Below the pieces are notes generated by a model. That model saw nothing but the letters and a program-made list of their open reading frames with translations. It was not told the DNA's origin and made no database searches. This document shows positions 53,026-62,439 of a stretch of 64,000 nucleotides of DNA, in pieces. Numbering within the stretch: the first letter of the stretch is position 1; every line of letters starts with the position of its first letter. Source of the stretch: an uncultured Pseudomonadota bacterium (GTDB taxonomy: Bacteria; Babelota; Babeliae; Babelales; RVW-14); assembly GCA_964354855.1 (NCBI GenBank), contig CAYHBO010000004.1:213-64212 (forward strand), in the 5' to 3' direction. The translations under genes were made by a program, and so were the position numbers.

Positions 53026-53958
53026 ATGATCATAAAAGTACTATTTTTAGCAATTTATTTTTTAAGTAATTTCTTACATGCCAATCTTGAACCTTACTTA
53101 AAACCAGCGCTGAACAAAGGCAATAACCACACGATTGAAGGCATTGATTTCATTTATATGATCAACCTTGATAAACGCCCTGAAAAATTTCTCATAAGCA
53201 TCGAGATTCTCGCTCCTTATAACATTACCCCTTACCGATTCTCTGCCGTTAATGGTTGGGAGCTTCCGGTAGAAACACTCAATAGCATTGGCGTAAAGTA
53301 TGATAAGTCCATGAAGAAAAATTTAACAGGCAGCGCTTACCTACCAAAAAACAAAGGGTGTCGATCTGATGAAAAAATGCATACTCCAGGAAGAAATTAT
53401 GTATGCCATACTCTCTCTCCAGGAGCAATAGGATGCGCACTAAGCCATATCTCAGTTCTCCATGATGCTTATAAATCAAATTACCAACGCATCTGGGTTA
53501 TGGAAGATGATATCGATGTAAAGAGAAATCCTCATCTCATCACAGCCTACATAGAAAAGCTTAACGCATTAGTTGGTAAAGATAATTGGGATATTTTATT
53601 TACCGATCAAGATTACAAAGATAACGATACCGGAGTCCCGGTCCTCTGCAAAAGTTATAATCAACGACCTAATTTTACCCCATTAAACCCTAAACGTTTT
53701 AAGCAAAGAATAAAGGTCGATGATGATTTTATAAAAACAGGCGCACGCTATGGGGCACATTCAATGATTATTCAAAAATCTGGCATAAAAAAACTCCTCG
53801 ATTTTTTCAATCACTATAAAATTTTCTGGCCCTATGACATAGATTATTACGCTATTAATGACATACAGCTTTACACCGTAAGCGATGATATCGTTTCAAA
53901 CACCCCAAAGTCAGGGTCAGACAATGGTAAACCTCGTTATCAGCAAGAGAAAGGATAA
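53026..53958 (+). CDS. GT25-family glycosyltransferase with signal peptide, paralog 1
   Basis: MIIKVLFLAIYFLSNFLHA. GIDFIYMINLDKRPEKF, YRFSAVNGWEL, GAIGCALSHISVLHDAY, WVMEDDIDV. Confidence 0.85.
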   Translation: MIIKVLFLAIYFLSNFLHANLEPYLKPALNKGNNHTIEGIDFIYMINLDKRPEKFLISIEILAPYNITPYRFSAVNGWELPVETLNSIGVKYDKSMKKNLTGSAYLPKNKGCRSDEKMHTPGRNYVCHTLSPGAIGCALSHISVLHDAYKSNYQRIWVMEDDIDVKRNPHLITAYIEKLNALVGKDNWDILFTDQDYKDNDTGVPVLCKSYNQRPNFTPLNPKRFKQRIKVDDDFIKTGARYGAHSMIIQKSGIKKLLDFFNHYKIFWPYDIDYYAINDIQLYTVSDDIVSNTPKSGSDNGKPRYQQEKG

Positions 53959-54033
53959 AAACATCATCAGCACCAATTATTTAGCTACTAACGTTATTCG
54001 TTTATATTTCAACAAATGAACAGAGGAGTCCTA

Positions 54034-55017
54034 ATGAAGATAATTTCTCATATTTTTAAATACACACTTTTGTTATTAATATTATCAAGCAAGCAATGTT
54101 CAGGATTCGTCCTCTTGCAAGACCTCCTTGCCCTAAGCCAACAAGGACTCGTCCCTCCAAAAAGCCCTGTCGAATTCAAAAATCAAGCTATTAACTTTCT
54201 GGCATTAAGCAAAAATCTTGGATTTGAATTTCCTTCAAAATTAGCAAGATACTATCAAACCATAGACCGCTCCGTTGATAAAGACTGTATTTACAAAGAT
54301 GTTTACGATCAAACCGTTGATAATCGAAACATAGATGGTTGGTTTGATAAAAGACTCATTATCCTTCTTGCTATCATTGATAATTTTCAGTCAAAAACTA
54401 ACATCTCAGGAAACGTTGCAGAAATTGGAGTATGGCAAGGAAGATCATTTATCCCACTCATACTTCTTACACGCAACGATGAATGCGCCTTAGCAATCGA
54501 CTGTTTTGAACAGTACGAGTCAAATCTCGATAATTCAGGTGGAAGCGCTTGCAGTACCAGTATATTTATCAAAAATGTCACTTCCTATTGCCAAGACCTT
54601 ACTAAATTACGAAAGATCAAAGGTGATTCTTTTAAATTCACCGCACAGGATTATCTTAAAGAAACAACGAATAATCAAGGAATTAGAATATTCAGTATTG
54701 ATGGCTGTCATGAAGCTCTACCTACTGAACGCGATATGGAAAACGCATTTAAGTGTTTAGTTGATGGCGGAATTGTAATTATGGATGATTATTTTCATGA
54801 AACATGGCCTGGCGTTTCTGAAGGGACTAATCGCTTTATGCTAAAAAATGAAGGTAAATTAAAACCATTTTTTATTGGTTGGAATAAAATATTTTTTGCG
54901 AAGCCTGACCATGTCAAAGAATATTATGAACTCATAAAAAGTGTTATCGTCCCAAAAGACTTAAACATAAAGAAATTTTTTGGAGTTGATACACTTATCT
55001 ATGACCCAAGACCTTAA
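54034..55017 (+). CDS. Class I SAM-dependent methyltransferase (Methyltransf_24/CmcI-like) with signal/anchor
   Basis: SD gaggag 5 nt before ATG 54034. GNVAEIGVWQGRSFIPL, IFSIDGCHE, LVDGGIVIMDDYFHETWPGV. Confidence 0.7.
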   Translation: MKIISHIFKYTLLLLILSSKQCSGFVLLQDLLALSQQGLVPPKSPVEFKNQAINFLALSKNLGFEFPSKLARYYQTIDRSVDKDCIYKDVYDQTVDNRNIDGWFDKRLIILLAIIDNFQSKTNISGNVAEIGVWQGRSFIPLILLTRNDECALAIDCFEQYESNLDNSGGSACSTSIFIKNVTSYCQDLTKLRKIKGDSFKFTAQDYLKETTNNQGIRIFSIDGCHEALPTERDMENAFKCLVDGGIVIMDDYFHETWPGVSEGTNRFMLKNEGKLKPFFIGWNKIFFAKPDHVKEYYELIKSVIVPKDLNIKKFFGVDTLIYDPRP

Positions 55018-55032
55018 AGAATAGGGGAAATC

Positions 55033-55950
55033 ATGAAGATTGCTTGGTTATTATTATTTTTTTTCATACAAAGCACAATTACTCCAACAGACCTAACAAA
55101 GTATTTTAAAAAACCAATCAATAAATCAAGCAATCACACCATGAAAGGGATTGATTTTATCTATATGATTAATCTCGATCAACGACCTGAAAAATTTAAA
55201 AGTTGCACCAAGCAATTATCATATTATGACATTCACCCGTACCGATTTTCTGCGGTTAATGGTTGGGAACTTTCACTTGAAACTATTAATGATCTTGGTG
55301 TAAAATATGATAAAACAATGCCAAAGGATCTCTTGGCAACCTGTTTTCTTCCTCAGAATAAGGGAACTCCTCTTGATGAAATCATGGGGATTAAAGAAAG
55401 AACTTATTTCCATCATCACGTTGAAAAAGGAACTATTGGCATAATACTTAGCCATCTCTCAGTATTATACGATGCATATAAATCAAAATATGACTGTATT
55501 TGGGTCATGGAAGATGATATTGAAGTAATTAGAGATCCACGCCTCATAAGTCTCTTCATCTATAAACTTGATGCATTGGTCGGTAAAAAAAACTGGGACA
55601 TTCTCTTCACAGATAAAGATACTAAAGATAGAAATGGCAATTATGTTCCCTGCTTAAGTTACGCTCCTCGACCAAATTTTACACCAAAAAATCCAGAACG
55701 TTTTGCTCTTCGAGAACAAATAAGTCCTGACTTTATGAAAATAGGCGCTCGTTATGGAACTTATTCAATGATAGTAAAAAGATCAGCAATTAAAAAAATT
55801 CTTGATTTCTCTAATCAATACAAGTTATTTCTTCCTTATGACATGGATTTTTATTTACCCAATAATATAAAAATTTACACTGTTACTAATGATATCGTAT
55901 CAACCCAGCCTCAAGCTCCTTCTGACAATGCAACGCAGGGATATAAATAA
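55033..55950 (+). CDS. GT25-family glycosyltransferase with signal peptide, paralog 2
   Basis: GIDFIYMINLDQRPEKF, YRFSAVNGWELSLETINDLGVKYD, GTIGIILSHLSVLYDAY, WVMEDDIEV. Confidence 0.85.
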   Translation: MKIAWLLLFFFIQSTITPTDLTKYFKKPINKSSNHTMKGIDFIYMINLDQRPEKFKSCTKQLSYYDIHPYRFSAVNGWELSLETINDLGVKYDKTMPKDLLATCFLPQNKGTPLDEIMGIKERTYFHHHVEKGTIGIILSHLSVLYDAYKSKYDCIWVMEDDIEVIRDPRLISLFIYKLDALVGKKNWDILFTDKDTKDRNGNYVPCLSYAPRPNFTPKNPERFALREQISPDFMKIGARYGTYSMIVKRSAIKKILDFSNQYKLFLPYDMDFYLPNNIKIYTVTNDIVSTQPQAPSDNATQGYK

Positions 55951-55989
55951 AAGAAAAAAAACCAATAAATAATGAATAGGGAGATAATA

Positions 55990-56928
55990 ATGAAGATTCT
56001 AAAATTACTATTGCTTTTTCTTATCTACAACTCAATCGCATCTGCTGATCTGACGAAACATTTTAAAAAAATAGCCGCTCAAGATAAATCAGGCAATCAT
56101 TCTATGAAAGGCATTGATTTTATTTACACCATCAATCTTAATCAACGACCTGAAAAATTCGAAAATTGCACAAAACAACTCACCCCTTTCGGTATTCATC
56201 CCTATCGCTTTTCAGCCGTCAATGGCTGGGAACTCTCCCTGGAAACCATCAATGATGTTGGGGTCCACTATGACCCATCTATGAAAAAAGGTATGTGGGG
56301 AACAAGTTATTTAATTGAAGATAAGGGAAAAGAATTCCATGAGATCATGCATATTAAAGACAGAACTTATTTTTGTCACTGTACCTCTCGCGGAGCCATC
56401 GGAATCGTATTAAGCCATCTCTCTGTACTCAATGACGCCTATACATCAGGATATGAAAGAGTTTGGATCATGGAAGATGACATCGAAATACTCAGAGACC
56501 CTCGTCTGATTTGCTCATCAATCGAAGAACTTGATACTCTCGTTGGAAAAGATGGTTGGGATTTTCTCTATACTGATCAGGACACACGAGACAATAACAC
56601 TGGTCAATATGTTCCATGCTTAGGCTACGCTCCTCGACCAGACATGACACCACAGAATACAGACCGTTATGTCAAAAGAACGGCAATTAGCTCTAATCTA
56701 ATGCAAATTGGAGCTCGCTACGGCGCCTATTCAATGATTGTACAACGATCAGGTATGAAAAAAATTCTCGATTTCTATAAAGATCATAACATGTTCCTTC
56801 CTTATGACATGGACTTATTCACACCTCATAACGTAAAACACTTCTGTATCATCGATAGCATCATATCGCATAAACCTGGATCTCCTACCGATAATGGCGA
56901 ACCTCGTTATGAAAAAAATCAAAAGTAA
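55990..56928 (+). CDS. GT25-family glycosyltransferase with signal peptide, paralog 3
   Basis: SD agggag before ATG 55990. GIDFIYTINLNQRPEKF, GAIGIVLSHLSVLNDAY, WIMEDDIEI, tail TDNGEPRYEKNQK. Confidence 0.85.
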   Translation: MKILKLLLLFLIYNSIASADLTKHFKKIAAQDKSGNHSMKGIDFIYTINLNQRPEKFENCTKQLTPFGIHPYRFSAVNGWELSLETINDVGVHYDPSMKKGMWGTSYLIEDKGKEFHEIMHIKDRTYFCHCTSRGAIGIVLSHLSVLNDAYTSGYERVWIMEDDIEILRDPRLICSSIEELDTLVGKDGWDFLYTDQDTRDNNTGQYVPCLGYAPRPDMTPQNTDRYVKRTAISSNLMQIGARYGAYSMIVQRSGMKKILDFYKDHNMFLPYDMDLFTPHNVKHFCIIDSIISHKPGSPTDNGEPRYEKNQK

Positions 56929-56946
56929 TTTTTACGGAAGAAAAAT

Positions 56947-57882
56947 ATGAAAATACTGAAATTATTATTACTTCTACTCATGCAACATACAATCGTATCT
57001 GCAGATCTTACTCAATATTTTAAAAAGCTAACGCCTCAAGATAAAATTGGCAATCATTCAATGAAAGGAATTGATTTTATCTACATGATCAATCTCGATC
57101 AACGCCCTGAACGTTTTGAAGGATGTACTAAACAATTGTCACCTTATGACATTCACCCTTATCGTTTTTCAGCCGTCAATGGTTGGGAACTCTCTTTAGA
57201 AAAGCTCAATGAACTTGGTGTTAAATATGATAAAACCATGAGACAAAATCTATGGGGCACCTACTACATAGCAGGAAGCAAAGGGGAACAAAATCATGAA
57301 GTTATGCAGGTTGAAAATAGAAATTATTTTAGCCACTGTATGGCTCCAGGCCCTGTCGGAATCGCGTTAAGCCATTTATCAGTACTCCATGATGCATATG
57401 AATCAGGTCATAACAGAGTTTGGGTCATGGAAGATGATATTACTGTACATAAAAACCCACATCTCATCAGTGATCTGATTGAGCAACTTGATAACTTAGT
57501 TGGCAAAGATGGATGGGATATCCTTTTTACCGATCAAGACATTCTCGATGGAAATGGTAAATACATTCCTTGCTTGGGCTATGCATATCGACCAAATTTT
57601 AACCCAGACAACCCAGAACGATTTGCTCAACGAACCCTAATCTCTCCTACATTTATGAAAATTGGAGCTCGTTATGGTGCTCACTCTATGATTGTACAAA
57701 GACATGCAATGAAGAAGCTTCTAGACTTTTTCAATCAATACAACTTATTTTTACCGATAGATATGGATATGTTTCTACCCAATAATATGAATTATTACTG
57801 CCTAACAAGCGACATTGTATCTAACACACCAGGAGCATCTTCTGATAATGGCGCCCCAAATTATAAAAAAAATCAAAAATAA
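56947..57882 (+). CDS. GT25-family glycosyltransferase with signal peptide, paralog 4
   Basis: MKILKLLLLLLMQHTIVSA. GIDFIYMINLDQRPERF, WVMEDDITV, tail SDNGAPNYKKNQK. Confidence 0.85.
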   Translation: MKILKLLLLLLMQHTIVSADLTQYFKKLTPQDKIGNHSMKGIDFIYMINLDQRPERFEGCTKQLSPYDIHPYRFSAVNGWELSLEKLNELGVKYDKTMRQNLWGTYYIAGSKGEQNHEVMQVENRNYFSHCMAPGPVGIALSHLSVLHDAYESGHNRVWVMEDDITVHKNPHLISDLIEQLDNLVGKDGWDILFTDQDILDGNGKYIPCLGYAYRPNFNPDNPERFAQRTLISPTFMKIGARYGAHSMIVQRHAMKKLLDFFNQYNLFLPIDMDMFLPNNMNYYCLTSDIVSNTPGASSDNGAPNYKKNQK

Positions 57883-57900
57883 AATAGTCAGGACAAATTC

Positions 57901-58848
57901 ATGAAAATTTTAAATTTATTAATATTCATACTCATACAAAATACAATCATAACTGCAGATCTTACACAATATTTTAAAAAACCAACGACCCAAGATAAAG
58001 CTAATAACCACTCCATGCCGGGAATTGATTTTATCTACATGATCAATCTCGACCAACGCCCTGAAAGATTTGAAGGTTGCACTAAACAATTATCTCCTTA
58101 TAACATTCATCCTTATCGTTTTTCAGCCGTCAATGGTTGGGAATTATCCCTAGAAACTATCAATGAACTTGGGGTTAAATACCATCATAGCTACACTAAA
58201 AACATACCAAAAAATTTATGGGGCACTTACTACGTCGTAGGAAGCAAGGAAGCAAAACAACATGAAATTATGCAAACTGAGAACCGAACTTATTTTTGTC
58301 ACTGCACAACACCAGGAACAATCGGCATAGCGCTAAGCCACCTCTCAGTCCTTCATGATGCATATGAATCAAATCATAACAGAATATGGGTCATGGAAGA
58401 CGACATAACCGTAAAACAAAATCCTCATCTTATAAGTACCATGATTGATAAACTTGATCACTTAGTTGGTAAAGATGGTTGGGATATCTTCTTTACCGAT
58501 AAAGATATTATAGATAACAACTTCAAATACGTTCCTTGCTTCAGCTTTGCACCACGACCAAATTTTATCCCTCCTCACCAAGAACGGTTTGCTCAACGAA
58601 CCCAAGCCTCTCCTGAATTTATGAAGATAGGAGCTCGTTATGGGGCCCATTCTATGATTATACAAAGACATGCCGTAAAGAAGCTTCTTGATTTTTTTAA
58701 TCAGTATAATTTGTTTCTTCCTTATGACATGGACATGTTCATGCCTGACAATATGAATAACTACTGCATAACAGATTGTATTGTATCAAACACGCCAGGA
58801 GCATCTTCTGATAATGGCGCCCCTCGTTATAAAGAAAATCAAAAATAA
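57901..58848 (+). CDS. GT25-family glycosyltransferase with signal peptide, paralog 5
   Basis: MKILNLLIFILIQNTIITA. GIDFIYMINLDQRPERF, WVMEDDITV, tail SDNGAPRYKENQK. Confidence 0.85.
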   Translation: MKILNLLIFILIQNTIITADLTQYFKKPTTQDKANNHSMPGIDFIYMINLDQRPERFEGCTKQLSPYNIHPYRFSAVNGWELSLETINELGVKYHHSYTKNIPKNLWGTYYVVGSKEAKQHEIMQTENRTYFCHCTTPGTIGIALSHLSVLHDAYESNHNRIWVMEDDITVKQNPHLISTMIDKLDHLVGKDGWDIFFTDKDIIDNNFKYVPCFSFAPRPNFIPPHQERFAQRTQASPEFMKIGARYGAHSMIIQRHAVKKLLDFFNQYNLFLPYDMDMFMPDNMNNYCITDCIVSNTPGASSDNGAPRYKENQK

Positions 58849-58875
58849 ATATTTTATAGGGGAAGTGGAGAAGTT

Positions 58876-59808
58876 ATGAAAATTTTAAAATTATTATTAC
58901 TTGTTATCATGCAAAATTCAATCACCTACGCTGATCTATCTCACTATTTAAAAAAACTAACGCCACAAGATAAATCAGGTAACCATTCGATGAAAGAAAT
59001 TGATTTTATTTACACCATCAATCTTGATCAACGACCTGAAAAATTTGCAACATGTACCAAACAATTATCCCTCTATGACATTCATCCTTATCGATTTTCT
59101 GCAGTTAATGGATGGGAACTGTCTCTAGAGACAATCAATGAGCTCGGCATAAAATATAATAAATCTATGAGGAATAACTTATGGGGAACCTGTTATCTCC
59201 TTGATGAAAAAGGTGAACCACACCATGAAATCATGCACGTTGAGGGTAGAAATTATTTTTCTCACTGCTTAGCCCGCGGACCCATAGGTATTACACTAAG
59301 TCACCTTTCCATCCTCTATGATGCTTACACCTCAGGATATAAACGGATTTGGGTTATGGAAGATGACATTGACGTTATACAAAATCCTCATCTTATCAGT
59401 ACTTTAATTGAAAAACTTGATGCATTAGTTGGAAAAAATGGCTGGGATTTCCTCTTTACCGATAAAGATACAAAAAACGATAACGGTCATTACGTCCCTT
59501 GCAACGCAGCAGCAGCTCGACCAGACTTTACTCCAATCAAAGGGGAACGATTCAGACATCGAGAGCAAGTAAACCCTGACTTTATCAAAGTAGGGGCACG
59601 TTATGGCGGATATTCAATGATTATACAAAGATGCGGCATGAAAAAGATTCTCGATTTTTATGCAGAACGTAATATATTTCTCCCTTACGATATGGAATAT
59701 ATTTTACCTGATGATATTAAATTATATACCGTCACAAAAGACATCGTATCAACAAAACCTGGATCTATTTCTGACAATGGAGCTCCCCGCTATAAAGAAA
59801 ATAAATAA
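58876..59808 (+). CDS. GT25-family glycosyltransferase with signal peptide, paralog 6
   Basis: MKILKLLLLVIMQNSITYA. EIDFIYTINLDQRPEKF, WVMEDDIDV, tail SDNGAPRYKENK. Confidence 0.85.
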   Translation: MKILKLLLLVIMQNSITYADLSHYLKKLTPQDKSGNHSMKEIDFIYTINLDQRPEKFATCTKQLSLYDIHPYRFSAVNGWELSLETINELGIKYNKSMRNNLWGTCYLLDEKGEPHHEIMHVEGRNYFSHCLARGPIGITLSHLSILYDAYTSGYKRIWVMEDDIDVIQNPHLISTLIEKLDALVGKNGWDFLFTDKDTKNDNGHYVPCNAAAARPDFTPIKGERFRHREQVNPDFIKVGARYGGYSMIIQRCGMKKILDFYAERNIFLPYDMEYILPDDIKLYTVTKDIVSTKPGSISDNGAPRYKENK

Positions 59809-59822
59809 TTCAGGAAGCCTCC

Positions 59823-60758
59823 ATGAAAGTTATAATCTTATTATTTCTTGTTCTCATCAAAAACACGGTCACCTATGCTGATCTTACTCACTATTTTAAA
59901 AAACTAACGCCTCAAGAAAAAATTGGCAATCACTCCATAAAGGGAGTTGATTTTATCTACACCATCAACCTTGATCAACGACCTGAAAAATTTGCAACAT
60001 GCACTACCCAACTCACTCCTTATGGAATTTACCCTTATCGATTTTCAGCCGTCAATGGGCAAGAATTACCACTTAAAACAATTACCGAACTTGGTGTTCA
60101 ATATGATCAATCTATGAGAAAAGATTTGTGGGGCACCTGTTATCTCCTTGATAACAAAGGAAAATGGCACCATGAAATTATACATGTTCAAAACAGACAT
60201 TATTTTACTCACTACATGGCACGCGGTCCTATAGGTATCGTATTAAGTCACCTCTCGGTACTCTATGATGCCTATACCTCGGGATATGAACGCATTTGGG
60301 TTATGGAAGATGACATTGACATCATACAAAACCCACATCTCATCTCATCACTCATTGATAAACTTGATCAACTCATTGGTAAAGATGGGTGGGATATTCT
60401 ATTCACCGATAAAGACACAAAAGACCGGAATGGAAATCGCGTTTCTTGCTTTAGTTATGCACCACGACCAAACTTCACTCCTTCAAATGAAGAACGCTTT
60501 GCGTTTAAAGAACAGATAAGTCCTGATTTTACTAAAATGGGTGCCCGCTATGGAACTTACTCCATGATCATACAACGAGCTGCCATGAAAAAGATCCTCG
60601 ATTTTTTTAATCAATACAACCTATTTCTTCCCTATGATATGGACTTGTTTATGCCAAATAATATGAATTTCTTTTGCGTTACTGAAGATGTTGTATCAAC
60701 AGACCCTCAAGCGCTTTCTGATAATAGAACTCTTAATCGTATAAAGCATCTATTTTAA
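59823..60758 (+). CDS. GT25-family glycosyltransferase with signal peptide, paralog 7 (altered C-terminus overlapping the convergent gene)
   Basis: GVDFIYTINLDQRPEKF, YRFSAVNGQELPL, WVMEDDIDI. The tail reads SDNRTLNRIKHLF instead of SDNGxPRYKxNQK and overlaps 60733..62439(-) by 26 nt. Confidence 0.8.
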   Translation: MKVIILLFLVLIKNTVTYADLTHYFKKLTPQEKIGNHSIKGVDFIYTINLDQRPEKFATCTTQLTPYGIYPYRFSAVNGQELPLKTITELGVQYDQSMRKDLWGTCYLLDNKGKWHHEIIHVQNRHYFTHYMARGPIGIVLSHLSVLYDAYTSGYERIWVMEDDIDIIQNPHLISSLIDKLDQLIGKDGWDILFTDKDTKDRNGNRVSCFSYAPRPNFTPSNEERFAFKEQISPDFTKMGARYGTYSMIIQRAAMKKILDFFNQYNLFLPYDMDLFMPNNMNFFCVTEDVVSTDPQALSDNRTLNRIKHLF

Positions 60759-62439
60759 TCCATTCTTCCGGAGTAGTATCTGGCGAGTACTTTGCATAAG
60801 CCGTCCAGTAAGCCGGCCTTACCACTTTTTTATCTGGATTTTGGTTTAGCCAAGCAGCCCACCACCCGAAGCTCGAATTCGTAATAATATTATGCTTACA
60901 AAAGCTAAGCAGATATAAATCAATATAATATGGCGGTTCTTCATCTTCTAGAAATACAACATTTTTTGCCCATGACGGCATATTTTCACGAGCAAATTGT
61001 ATGTTATTGCTACTAACCACAAATATCGATTTCTCAGGGAATAACCGCATAGCTTTATCTAAATAATCTTTGCCATACTGAGGGTAGCTCTGATCATCTT
61101 TACTAAACTCCCATTTATAATAACGAAGCTGAACACCCACCGTATGAGGGCTATCAAAGAGCCATGTATACTTTTTTTTCATATACGCCAAATCATCTTC
61201 ACATGGAGCAAATAAAGCTAATAAGCGATTACGATGGTGAGAAAAGTATTTCTCTGATTGAAAGTACCCTGCAATTTTCATGTTATCTTGGTATGGAATT
61301 TTGGTATAAGATGATGCTGGATCACGCCATTCAAAAGCAACTGTTGTTTCCGGCTTCTTTTTATTTATACGAGAAAATACATGGTTATTCAGTGGCCGAT
61401 CAAAATCCCAATCAGGAAAATATGGTTCTGCAGCATTATCCCATGCTAAAGCACATGCCGCCGCGATTTGAAAAAATTGATTGCCAAGTTGACCACAATG
61501 CCCTGCAGCCATAACAAATGACTTATTTTGCGCCTTTCCCCACATATTATTGTATTGTTCAGGATGGTGTTTTTTGATGAATGTTAGAATGTCTGTGTTG
61601 CTACACTGATTAAATGCTTCATGATGCTCATCCATGAGAATATAATTTTTTCGTTCAGCTCTTTTGAGTTGAAATTTATCTTCTCCACGCATTGAATAAT
61701 GATTAATTCTCATACATTTAGTATGTTGATTACCTTTAATCACAACTTCAGTTCTTTCTTTGCTGTAGGGAATACTCACACCATCCCCGTTATAGTAAAC
61801 ACTATTATCTAGAAGTGGAACATGATGAGGATGCCACAACGACTTCTCATCAACCAAATGTGGCTTAATAATACTTTTTCCTATCCCATTTAAAGAATGA
61901 TCTGGCAAACTACATCGTGTAAGTAAAGGAAGAACTAAATCCCCAGACTTTAATGAAACATTATTCGTCCCAAAGTTATACCAGTTAACATATATTGCAG
62001 AAGCTTCTTTAAAGTATTTATCTAAACATTCAGTAACAGTACTTTCTTGAGTTGGTAAGATAAACTCATCCAAATCAATTAAAGCTAACCATTCAGTTAT
62101 GCCTTTCGTTCTTTTTATAATATCTTTATATGCATAACCTTGATAAGAAATCAAATCTCCATTGGTTGGCCAAAGAGTTACATCTATAATTCCTTGGTCC
62201 ATGTACGGTTTTAGTACTTCTTGCCAATTATCAGTGCTATTGTCGTTATAAAGATAAAAATGTTCGACACCAACCATTCGATGGTACGTAATCCATTCAT
62301 CTAAGAAAGCTGCTTCATTCTTAAAAATAGCTCCAACAGACAATTTATAGGTATATTTTTTTGTATCAGGCTTAAGTTCTAAGCTTGCTTGAGTAATGCT
62401 TACAATAGTACTTAGCAGAGCTAAAATAATTTTCTTCAT
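60733..62439 (-). CDS. Fusion protein: N-terminal GT92-like domain + C-terminal GT11-like domain, with a single signal peptide
   Basis: Strong SD aaggag before ATG 62439. MKKIILALLSTIVSITQA. GT92 part: YKLSVGAIFKNEAAFLDEWITYHRMVGVEHFYLYNDNSTDNW, IDLDEF. GT11 part from ~61520: GQLGNQFFQIAAACALAWDN, VQLRYYKW, TNSSFGWWAAWLN. Confidence 0.8.
   Translation of the reverse strand: MKKIILALLSTIVSITQASLELKPDTKKYTYKLSVGAIFKNEAAFLDEWITYHRMVGVEHFYLYNDNSTDNWQEVLKPYMDQGIIDVTLWPTNGDLISYQGYAYKDIIKRTKGITEWLALIDLDEFILPTQESTVTECLDKYFKEASAIYVNWYNFGTNNVSLKSGDLVLPLLTRCSLPDHSLNGIGKSIIKPHLVDEKSLWHPHHVPLLDNSVYYNGDGVSIPYSKERTEVVIKGNQHTKCMRINHYSMRGEDKFQLKRAERKNYILMDEHHEAFNQCSNTDILTFIKKHHPEQYNNMWGKAQNKSFVMAAGHCGQLGNQFFQIAAACALAWDNAAEPYFPDWDFDRPLNNHVFSRINKKKPETTVAFEWRDPASSYTKIPYQDNMKIAGYFQSEKYFSHHRNRLLALFAPCEDDLAYMKKKYTWLFDSPHTVGVQLRYYKWEFSKDDQSYPQYGKDYLDKAMRLFPEKSIFVVSSNNIQFARENMPSWAKNVVFLEDEEPPYYIDLYLLSFCKHNIITNSSFGWWAAWLNQNPDKKVVRPAYWTAYAKYSPDTTPEEWIKIDALYD

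Noticed and set aside
53026-60758. Regular ~950-nt periodicity that might suggest a repeat array or CRISPR-like structure
   Set aside because: The period corresponds to whole GT25 genes with their own RBS, start and stop. No short direct repeats with unique spacers occur anywhere in the window.
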